From Candidatus Latescibacterota bacterium (GTDB lineage: Bacteria; Latescibacterota; UBA2968; UBA8231), in assembly GCA_965215195.1 (NCBI GenBank), contig CBDCDC010000002.1, positions 4,288,001-4,352,000 of the forward strand: 64,000 bases of DNA, in the 5' to 3' direction. Of the stretch, positions 10,188-17,901 are shown piece by piece. A program made the translations under genes and the position numbers. The notes under the pieces were generated by a model, which saw nothing but the letters and a program-made list of their open reading frames with translations, was not told the origin of the DNA and did not search any database. Numbering within the stretch: the first letter of the stretch is position 1; every line of letters starts with the position of its first letter.

Positions 10188-11114
10188 TTAGTCGTTGAAG
10201 GTCGCTTTGATTCTTGCCCAGCTCTCGGATTCCACGGCGGTGCCTCCGCCATCGGCGCGATCGTACTCGTCCGCGCCGAGCAGCGTGTATTCCGAGCAGA
10301 CATCGCAGTTGCCCGAAGCGCCGTCCTCGCCGGTTGTTGCTAGCTGGTGCGTACGGCGATCTTCGGGATTATCCGCTTCGTTTAGCTGATAGGTCAGGCG
10401 GATGATCTGCCCGGCCTCGTTGTCGTGGCGGATGCTGTTGTCCGCACCGTCCAACGACGCAAAATCCCAAAGGGGAATGCTGTATTCGTAGTTGACCGTG
10501 ACGTTGGTCGAACCGGTGGTTGCTCCCGGAGGATTGGTCGTCACTCTGGACTCGGCGAACTCGTCCATCCAGTGGATTTCCTCGACCACCTGCCAGCGCA
10601 ACCACCACGAGCCATCGCCGCCATAGGGCGTTTCATACACGCCGGGAACCGGCAGGTGCATGGTAAACTGCTGCCCCTCGGCGCGTGTGCCCGACTCGCC
10701 GTCGCCGTCGTGCGGACCGCCGCTGGCATTGGCGTCGGTGATGATCTCGAGATCGTCGTCGCGCCAGCCGTCGTCAAAGACGTCCGAGGTGACGACCAGC
10801 GTGTCGTCGGTGGCGCGCACAAATCCGTAGAGCTTGTTGTCGCGGTCCGTGCCCGTCCACGCCGTCATGATGGCCACGTCGAGGTCGCTCTTGTCCAGCA
10901 CTTCGGCCTTCTGGATTTCGTACATCTCGTCGGGACCAACGGTGAAATTGGCGTCGAACCACGCCCAGTCGCCATCGTCGCCATCAATGGTGATGGTGAC
11001 ATCAGCAGGCACCTCTAAGGCAAAGTAGCCAATGCCGTTGGCATTGGACTGGCCGTAGGCGAAGCTCGCCAAGGCCACGGACAACACTGCTGCTATGAGT
11101 GCGTTCTTGTGCAT
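10188..11114 (-). CDS. Secreted acidic CBM9/DOMON-like sugar-binding protein with C-terminal WxxIK motif
   Basis: Signal peptide AYG-Q; ITIDGDDGDW, LYGFVRATDD, WRDDDLEI, YEYSIPLWD; ends GGGTAVESESWARIKATFND; SD TAAGGAG. Confidence 0.7.
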   Translation of the reverse strand: MHKNALIAAVLSVALASFAYGQSNANGIGYFALEVPADVTITIDGDDGDWAWFDANFTVGPDEMYEIQKAEVLDKSDLDVAIMTAWTGTDRDNKLYGFVRATDDTLVVTSDVFDDGWRDDDLEIITDANASGGPHDGDGESGTRAEGQQFTMHLPVPGVYETPYGGDGSWWLRWQVVEEIHWMDEFAESRVTTNPPGATTGSTNVTVNYEYSIPLWDFASLDGADNSIRHDNEAGQIIRLTYQLNEADNPEDRRTHQLATTGEDGASGNCDVCSEYTLLGADEYDRADGGGTAVESESWARIKATFND

Positions 11115-11124
11115 ATTTTTCTCC

Positions 11125-11187
11125 TTATTTGGATAGGGTAGAGATGTTGCTCTTCTCTGCTTCTGCAGTTGCGAATGCTGTATCCAT
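11125..11187 (-). promoter_or_regulatory. Possible 20-aa leader ORF preceded by a perfect SD (AAGGAGGTGA, 11188-11197)
   Basis: MDTAFATAEAEKSNISTLSK*; its TAA overlaps the downstream SD TAAGGAG; SD-ATG spacing unusually short. Confidence 0.3.
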
Positions 11188-11240
11188 TCACCTCCTTCCG
11201 CATTTAGAGTAGGGCGATCTGGGCTCGTCTATGGGTAGCG

Positions 11241-13004
11241 CTACTGCTCTAGGTTAGACAGGGCCTGTTCGTCAATAACTATCTCAGTCCTGTACTTATG
11301 CTTCAACTCATCTAGATAGCTATCAAAGTATTCTTCAATCGCGTGCCGATGGGCGTAGCGCAATTGACGCCATATTCTGGACTGCACCTTGGGGGCAGCA
11401 AAAGAGAGGGTCTTTTCCGGGCGCAGTGCCAGCACTTTGAGCACGAGGTACCCGGTCATAGCGCCGCTCAACTCAATGGGGAGCGGTCCCTTGATGCCGC
11501 CAACCGGCATATCCCGCACGGCTTGGATCATGGTGGCCATAGCGCCTTGGGCTGTCGCCGTGTCAGCCAGCGCGAAGTTAAATACGTCGAACTGACGTAC
11601 GCGCCCCTTAAATGCCGGATACGTGCGCATGATCTCGGCCATATCCTCGCCGGCGCGTACGCGCCGGGCGATGGCGTGCGAAGCCGTTTCCGAATCGACC
11701 AATGCACCGGCAAAAAATGTGCGCACCGGCAGGGTGAATTCCTCTGTTAGGTCCCGATATAGAATGCGCTGCTGTTCCTCTGTGACGAAGTGCGCTTCTA
11801 CTTCCATGCGCCGCAGCATCTCGATCATGGCCTCTTCGCGCGTATCCCGCACGAACTGAAGCACGGCCTCCTCGCGGTCCAACCCTTGTTGCTGGGCCAG
11901 CAGCGGTAGCAGGATTTTGCGCAACGCTTCGTGCTGGGCAAATTCGACCACCGCGCTGCTGTCTATGGCGTGGGGGCGACGCTTGGGTTCGGCCTCCTCT
12001 ACCAAAGCCACATACGCGTTCAGGTCAATGCGCCCTCCGCTATGGCGCAGCAGGATGCGCCCGTGGTCTCCTGCCTCCAGCACGGGCACACCGCCTTCGG
12101 CCAATCGCCCCCGTTGCAGCAAAACGCCCAATACCTGTGCATCTACTGAAAGACCAAAGTGCGCTTTCTGGTCGGCTAAGTATTTGGACCAGCGCTCTTT
12201 TTTTTGCTGCTTTTCCAGCGCTTGGCGCAGCGTTTTCTTTTGGCTCGCAAAACTGACGTAGCGCTCTTCATCGGCCCTGATCAGGTGGTACGTTCCCTGC
12301 GAGTCGCGGTACGGTTCGGACACCTCGCCGATCGGCAGGCGAAAAAGCTCGGCGACAAACCCGCTGTGCTGTGCTTCTTCCTCCTGCCAAAACCCCGTGT
12401 CTCCACCCTTGGCCGCCGATGTGCGATCGAGGGACTGCTCGCGCGCCAGTAGCGCAAAATCGGCACCTTGCCGCAACTGCTCCTGCACGGCCCGAGCTTC
12501 TTCGAGGCTGCCTACCTGAATGTGACTCGCCCGCAGCTCCCGCTTTTTGTGCAATCCGCTCTGGTGGAAATGCGACCGGAGTTCCTCTTCCGCTATGGAA
12601 ACGTCTCCGGTGACTTCCTCGTACAGACGCTCGACCAGCCTCCGGTCGTGCGCCTGTTGTACGCTTGCGACCACGTCGGGATGCTGATCCAAACCCTTCG
12701 CCCGGGCCTCTAAGACCAGCATCTTGCGCTCGATAAAAGGCTGTAGCATTTCCCGCGCATTGCCCGCTGTAAAGCGGCGCATCTTGCGCTCGGCGCGGAG
12801 CAAGTCATCTACCAGAATGACTTCGCTCCCGACCCTGGCCAGCACGACCGAATTCACAGCCCAGGCACCGCCGGCCATCAGCCCGACAATCGCCATCGCG
12901 GCCCAGCAGGTAGCCATCTGTCCAGCGCAAACCAGTGCTCTCTTTGCCGCTGCTAACTCAATGCTCATAAAGCAGTTATGTTCCATTGCAACCTGTGAAA
13001 GCAT
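11241..13004 (-). CDS. Periplasmic peptidyl-prolyl isomerase (PpiC/parvulin, SurA/PrsA-like); true start probably downstream
   Basis: RASHIQV...GADFALLAREQSLD.TSAAKGGDTG...GEVSEP...YHLI rotamase motif; degenerate second domain. Confidence 0.8.
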   Translation of the reverse strand: MLSQVAMEHNCFMSIELAAAKRALVCAGQMATCWAAMAIVGLMAGGAWAVNSVVLARVGSEVILVDDLLRAERKMRRFTAGNAREMLQPFIERKMLVLEARAKGLDQHPDVVASVQQAHDRRLVERLYEEVTGDVSIAEEELRSHFHQSGLHKKRELRASHIQVGSLEEARAVQEQLRQGADFALLAREQSLDRTSAAKGGDTGFWQEEEAQHSGFVAELFRLPIGEVSEPYRDSQGTYHLIRADEERYVSFASQKKTLRQALEKQQKKERWSKYLADQKAHFGLSVDAQVLGVLLQRGRLAEGGVPVLEAGDHGRILLRHSGGRIDLNAYVALVEEAEPKRRPHAIDSSAVVEFAQHEALRKILLPLLAQQQGLDREEAVLQFVRDTREEAMIEMLRRMEVEAHFVTEEQQRILYRDLTEEFTLPVRTFFAGALVDSETASHAIARRVRAGEDMAEIMRTYPAFKGRVRQFDVFNFALADTATAQGAMATMIQAVRDMPVGGIKGPLPIELSGAMTGYLVLKVLALRPEKTLSFAAPKVQSRIWRQLRYAHRHAIEEYFDSYLDELKHKYRTEIVIDEQALSNLEQ

Positions 13005-13144
13005 GAATAGCTTAAAAAAGACCCTGTGTCAAGTGGCCTCTTCCACGTCGATATTCATGGCCGGTGCTCGGCGACTCCCATCTTCCAGCACCTATTTTAG
13101 ACGCCAACGGGCCTAGCATCTAACCCGATCTTTTTTGCCGCGCC

Positions 13145-14713
13145 CTAAGTGTGTGATTGTTCTAAGGCGGCGTACAGGCCGATAAGCTCGTCGTACGCGG
13201 CTACGGCCTTTGGCTCCGGTTCGATGGTCGATCCGGCGACCGGCTGGGCGAATGGCTCGACAACTTCCGCCCACGAAGGCGCGTGGCCGGCTGTGGATTG
13301 GTGGGCGTGGGCGGCGCGCAAGGCCGCGCCTAGAGCCGCCGAATTGGTCGTCTCGAAGCGGTGGACCGGGCAGTTGTGGACATTGGCGAAGACGCGCAGG
13401 ATTGCGGCGTTGGCCGACGCGCCGCCGGTGACGTAGAGCGAGGAAATTTCTACGCCCATCCAGCGCGCGTGGATGCGCGAGGAAAGGGCTTGGGCCTCGA
13501 TGACGGCGCGGACATTGGCCGGCGCGTCCTCGGGGTCGAGGTTGGCGCGGACGACGTTGGGCCGGGGGACTTTGGGGACGATTTCCGGGGCGAAATAAGG
13601 GAGCATGAGTGCGCCGTTGTTGCCCGGCGGCGTGGTGTGCAAGGCTTGGGTAAACTGCTGCCAGTTCATGCCGTATTGGTCGCGCACGGCCTCGCGGGCC
13701 AAGCTGCCGTTGAGATAGCAAGTCAGGGCCATGTAGTGGGTGCCGTCGGGCGAGGCAAAGACCGCGCCCTCGCCGGCCGCAGAAGTGCGCGGCTGGTCCA
13801 TGCAGGCGAACAGGGTGTCCGAAGTGCCCAAGCTCAGGGCGACTTGGCCCGGGGCGACGAGTCCGAGGCCGATTAGGCTACACGGATTGTCGCCGGAAAA
13901 AGGCAACACGAGGCAGTCTCCTGCAAAGCCGTAGCGATCCACGTAATAGGGGCTGATAGGGCCGACGGGCTGGCCGGAGGGAGCGATGGGCAGCAGTTTG
14001 GCGGCTAGGCCGGGGGCGGTGGCGTCGAGCGCGAGCGCACTCCACTGGCGCGCGGCAATATCCATCATGTTGGTGCCGCTGCCGTCGCCGGGGTCAACGC
14101 CGACGAGCCGTCCCGCGAGCAGGCTGGCGATGTATGAGCTGACCAAGCCGATGTACGCAGTGTCGGCGTACGCAGCGGGTTCGGTCTGGTAAAACTTGCG
14201 GATCTGCGGGCCGCTGAAGCGCTCAAAGGCCGCGTTGCCCGTGAGCGCGAGCAGGCTTTCGCGCCCGCCGAGGCCCGCTTCGATCTCGGCGCATTGCGAG
14301 GCCGTGGAAGTGTCCATCCAGATGGGAGAGGTCGGGCGGGAGAAGATGGCGGCGAGCTGGTCTTTGAGCGGCTGACCGGGCGACAGACGCGCCAAGGCCG
14401 GGCCGGCGCGGGCGTTGAGATAGACGGTGCCGTGCTGCTGGCCGCTGCCGGCGACAGCCCGCACTGCGCTGAGATCGTGCCCTTGGTCGGCGAGCGTCTG
14501 CAGGAGCAGGTCCAGTGCTTCGGCCCACATCAGAGGTGCGCTGTGGATCGCGCCCGCGCCGAGATCGAAGACGCCGTTGACGACCTCATAAGCGGCTTTG
14601 AAGTGCTCGTCGAAGTTGATGGACGCTTCGGCGACGATGGTGCGCTGGTCTGCGTTGATGAGCAGGCCGGTGATGGACTGGGTGCTAGCGTCAATGCCCA
14701 AATAGTTGCTCAT
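13145..14713 (-). CDS. xylB: D-xylulokinase (FGGY family, eukaryote-like subtype)
   Basis: YLGIDASTQS, GSGQQHGTVY, SPIWMDTST, FERFSGPQIRK, GDNP, SLGTSDT, VTGGASAN. Confidence 0.85.
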   Translation of the reverse strand: MSNYLGIDASTQSITGLLINADQRTIVAEASINFDEHFKAAYEVVNGVFDLGAGAIHSAPLMWAEALDLLLQTLADQGHDLSAVRAVAGSGQQHGTVYLNARAGPALARLSPGQPLKDQLAAIFSRPTSPIWMDTSTASQCAEIEAGLGGRESLLALTGNAAFERFSGPQIRKFYQTEPAAYADTAYIGLVSSYIASLLAGRLVGVDPGDGSGTNMMDIAARQWSALALDATAPGLAAKLLPIAPSGQPVGPISPYYVDRYGFAGDCLVLPFSGDNPCSLIGLGLVAPGQVALSLGTSDTLFACMDQPRTSAAGEGAVFASPDGTHYMALTCYLNGSLAREAVRDQYGMNWQQFTQALHTTPPGNNGALMLPYFAPEIVPKVPRPNVVRANLDPEDAPANVRAVIEAQALSSRIHARWMGVEISSLYVTGGASANAAILRVFANVHNCPVHRFETTNSAALGAALRAAHAHQSTAGHAPSWAEVVEPFAQPVAGSTIEPEPKAVAAYDELIGLYAALEQSHT

Positions 14714-14787
14714 AAAAATGACCTTCTTTATTGTTTTTTTTATTCAGGACTACAACGTAACCAATTTGCCAAAGGGGAAGCAACGCA

Positions 14788-16107
14788 ATGGAGGCATGGG
14801 CGGAACAGCCTGCAACCGAGGAGACGCTGGCCACAGTGGACCCGGAAGTCGAGGCTATCATTCGCGCTGAAAACAGGCGTCAGCACCACAAAATTCGCCT
14901 GATCCCATCTGAAAATTACGCCAGTCGAGCCGTACTCGAAGCCAGCGGTTCAATCCTGACGAATAAGTACTCCGAAGGATACGCGGGTGCGCGCTACTAC
15001 GAGGGCCAGCGAGAGATCGACAAGATCGAGCGGCTCTGCGTCGAGCGCGCCAAGGAGGTTTTTGGAGCCGAGCACGTCAATGTGCAGCCCTATTCGGGCT
15101 CGCCAGCCAATCAAGCCGTGTACGTCGGCTTGTGCGAGCCGGGCGACGCGGTCATGGGCTTGGCGCTGGCGCACGGAGGCCATCTGACGCACGGCGACCG
15201 CGTCAGCATCTCGGGGATGCACTACAAGTCCGTGCAATACGGAGTGTGCCGGGATAGCGGCCAGATCGACTTCGACCAAGTCGAATCGCTGGCCAAAGAG
15301 CACCGGCCCAAGCTGATCTTCTGCGGGGGCACGGCCTATCCGCGCATCATCGACTTTGCGCGCTTTGCCGAGATCGGGCATTCCGTGGGAGCCATTGTGG
15401 TCGCCGACATCGCGCATATTGCCGGGTTGGTGGCCGCCGGGGTGCATCCCAGCCCGGTGCCGCACGTGGATGTAGTAACGACTACAACTCACAAGTCGCT
15501 GCGGGGGCCGCGCGGCGGGATGATCTTGTGCCGGGCGCAGTACGCTGCGGCCCTCGATAGAGCGGTGTTCCCAGGCTTGCAGGGCGGGCCGCACAACAGC
15601 ACCACGGCCGCGATTGCCGTCGCGCTCAAGGAGGCGATGAGCGAGGCGTTTGCAGTGTATGCCCAGCAGATTGTCGCCAACGCTCAGACCTTGGCCGCCG
15701 CTCTGTCGGCGCACGGTTTTGCCCTCAGTTCGGGCGGGACCGACAACCACCTTATTCTCATGGACATGACCGATAAAGGCATTGCTGGTTATGCGATGGC
15801 CAAGGCCCTTGACGCATCGGGCATCGTCTGCAACTTCAATTGCGTGCCCTTTGATCCGCGGCCGGCGCGCAAGCCCAGCGGCATCCGCATTGGCACGCCG
15901 GCGATTACCAGCCGGGGCTTTGGTGCCGAGGAGATGAGGCAGGTGGCCGAGTGGATGGAGCGGGTCGCCCGAGTCCGCGCCGACAAACGGCTGGAACTCA
16001 ACGACCGGAAAGTGGAGTACGCCGAGGTGGCGGCTGAGGTGCGGGCGCTGTGTGCTCGCTTTCCAGCACCTGGTTTGCTCTACGATGGCGAGGGAAGGCC
16101 GATTTGA
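14788..16107 (+). CDS. glyA: Serine hydroxymethyltransferase
   Basis: LIPSEN, NKYSEGY, HGGHLTHG, TTTTHKSLRGPRGG, PGLQGGP, SGIRIGTPA. Confidence 0.97.
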   Translation: MEAWAEQPATEETLATVDPEVEAIIRAENRRQHHKIRLIPSENYASRAVLEASGSILTNKYSEGYAGARYYEGQREIDKIERLCVERAKEVFGAEHVNVQPYSGSPANQAVYVGLCEPGDAVMGLALAHGGHLTHGDRVSISGMHYKSVQYGVCRDSGQIDFDQVESLAKEHRPKLIFCGGTAYPRIIDFARFAEIGHSVGAIVVADIAHIAGLVAAGVHPSPVPHVDVVTTTTHKSLRGPRGGMILCRAQYAAALDRAVFPGLQGGPHNSTTAAIAVALKEAMSEAFAVYAQQIVANAQTLAAALSAHGFALSSGGTDNHLILMDMTDKGIAGYAMAKALDASGIVCNFNCVPFDPRPARKPSGIRIGTPAITSRGFGAEEMRQVAEWMERVARVRADKRLELNDRKVEYAEVAAEVRALCARFPAPGLLYDGEGRPI

Positions 16108-16154
16108 CCTACGTGATTGAAAAAGGCCCGGTACGGGCGTAAAAAAGGCTTCTA

Positions 16155-17354
16155 ATGAATATATACGACGAACTAGGCGTTGATCCCATTGTCAACGCCG
16201 TGGGACCGGCGACGCGGTTGAGCGGGTCAATTATGCATCCGGACGTGGCCGAGGCCATGCGGCAGGCTTCGGAGTGCTGCGTGGATATAGCGCAGATGCA
16301 GGCGCGAGCCGGAGAAGTGATCGCCGAGATCACCGGCGCGGAGGCCGGGTACGTGACCAGTGGGGCGGCGGCGGGCTTGTTGCTGGGGACGGCCGCTTGT
16401 GTGACCGGCTTGGACCCGGGGAAGATGAACCGCTTGCCGGATACGTCCGGGATGAAGAACGAAGTGATCATGGCGCGCAGCCACCGGAACTTCTACGACC
16501 ACGCGGTGCGCTCGGTGGGGATTGAGCTGGTGGAGGTGGGGATCGCCGATCGCTTTTCCGGGGCGGGTGTGCGCGATGCCGAAGGATGGGAGATTGAGGC
16601 GGCGATTAGCGAGCGGACGGCCGCGATAGTGTACGTGGCGTACGCGCATACCCAGCCATCGCTGGAGGGGGTGGTGGCCGCCGCGCGCAAGGGCGGTGTG
16701 CCGGTGATCGTGGATGCGGCCGGGCAGTTGCCGCCGGCGAGCAACTTGCAGCGCTTCATTGCGGCCGGGGCCGATCTGGTCGCCTTTAGCGGCGGCAAGG
16801 CCATAGGCGGGCCGCAGGCTTCGGGAATTTTGTGCGGCCGGCGGGATTTGATCGCCGCGGCCGCCCTGCAACACCAGGACCTCGACGTGATGCCCGAGCT
16901 GTGGGATCCGCCGGCGAGTTTGATCGACAAGTCCCAGCTACCCGGTGCCCCACAGCATGGCATTGGGCGGCCCTGCAAGGTCGGCAAGGAGGAGATCGCG
17001 GGGTTGGTGAAGGCGCTGCGTCTTTTTGTGGCCGAGGACCCGGCCGCGCGGCGGCGGCACTGGTCTGCGCTGATGGAGGAACTAGTCGCCGCGTGTGGCG
17101 TGCTGCGACACGCCGAGATTGCGGTGGTAGCCGACCGCAAGCGCACCGAGATTCCGACCGCGCGGCTGGTGCTCGACGAGGAAGCTGCGGGCACGACGGC
17201 GCTGGAACTGGTCAAGGCGCTACAGGAAGGCCGACCGCCGATTGCCGCCAACCCCACAGAAGTCCACGAGGGTGTGGTGATTTTTGGGCCGATGTGTCTC
17301 AAGGAGGGCGAGCCTGAACAGATCGGCCGACGGCTCAGGGAATTGCTCGGCTAA
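16155..17354 (+). CDS. SelA-like PLP-dependent enzyme (DgaE/class V aminotransferase-like)
   Basis: IYDELGVDPIVNAVGPATRLSGS, IVDAA, DLVAFSGGKAIGGPQASG, GIGRPCKVGKEE. Confidence 0.85.
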   Translation: MNIYDELGVDPIVNAVGPATRLSGSIMHPDVAEAMRQASECCVDIAQMQARAGEVIAEITGAEAGYVTSGAAAGLLLGTAACVTGLDPGKMNRLPDTSGMKNEVIMARSHRNFYDHAVRSVGIELVEVGIADRFSGAGVRDAEGWEIEAAISERTAAIVYVAYAHTQPSLEGVVAAARKGGVPVIVDAAGQLPPASNLQRFIAAGADLVAFSGGKAIGGPQASGILCGRRDLIAAAALQHQDLDVMPELWDPPASLIDKSQLPGAPQHGIGRPCKVGKEEIAGLVKALRLFVAEDPAARRRHWSALMEELVAACGVLRHAEIAVVADRKRTEIPTARLVLDEEAAGTTALELVKALQEGRPPIAANPTEVHEGVVIFGPMCLKEGEPEQIGRRLRELLG

Positions 17355-17386
17355 AACTGCGCTCCGAGCGCGAGCTAAAAGGCCAA

Positions 17387-17419
17387 AAGCCCCGCCGGGT
17401 ATAGTCTCGGCGGGGCTTG
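17387..17419. terminator. Terminator hairpin after SelA-like gene (copy 1)
   Basis: aagccccgccgg-gtatagt-ctcggcggggctt. Confidence 0.7.
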
Positions 17420-17631
17420 CTGAGTTAAAAGCAATCTTAAAGGATGATATTGCGCGGGTTGAGAGCGATCTTAAAGCCGATATTGCGCGGGTTGAGAGCA
17501 GTTTTAAGGACGACATTGCGCGCGTACAAGCCGATATTGCCGAACTCAAGGGTAGCGTCAAAATTTTGCTTGTAGTGATGACTTCCGGTTTAGCTCTGCT
17601 CAATATCGTTTTGCGATTCTGGCCTTCGTAA
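17416..17631 (+). pseudogene. 5'-truncated duplicate of the coiled-coil gene at 19876-20139
   Basis: Near-identical to 19957-20139 with one extra 33-bp unit; begins in the terminator arm with no start codon or SD. Confidence 0.8.
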
Positions 17632-17687
17632 GCGGCGCTGCCGCCTTATTCATAGACTAGCTCCATCACGTAACTCTTACTATGGCC

Positions 17688-17787
17688 TTTGGATGATTCT
17701 AAACCTGCGCCCGGAAAGGCCGGCCGCCGATTGCCGCCAACCAAAAGACAACAAGCCCCGCCGAGACCATTTGCTCGGCGGGGCTTG
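17688..17787. repeat. Mosaic duplication junction: glk 3' end + SelA-like 3' fragment + second terminator copy
   Basis: 17688-17712 matches 20359-20383; 17713-17742 matches 17225-17253; 17753-17787 matches 17387-17419. Confidence 0.8.
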
Positions 17788-17901
17788 TTGGTGAAGAGGC
17801 CGGACGCGGATTTTCCTCGGCTCAGCGTCAGGGCCGAGGGATAGGCGCGAAATGTTGCGAGCGACTTATCCGGCTGTTAGCTTCCAATCTGCGCTGCCGC
17901 C

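Noticed and set aside
16155-17354. Selenocysteine synthase selA
   Set aside because: Shorter SelA-like subfamily lacking the SelA N-terminal domain; no selB, selC or selD nearby.
17284-17631. 115-aa ORF as an intact gene
   Set aside because: Its N-terminal part is an off-frame read through the SelA-like gene end and terminator; only 17416-17631 is homologous to the real gene, so it is called a pseudogene.
17838-17882. Integron attC-like end (…cgacttatccggctGTTAGCT) just downstream of the PD40 gene
   Set aside because: Only one core-like end; no convincing complementary partner box, no integrase and no cassette array.
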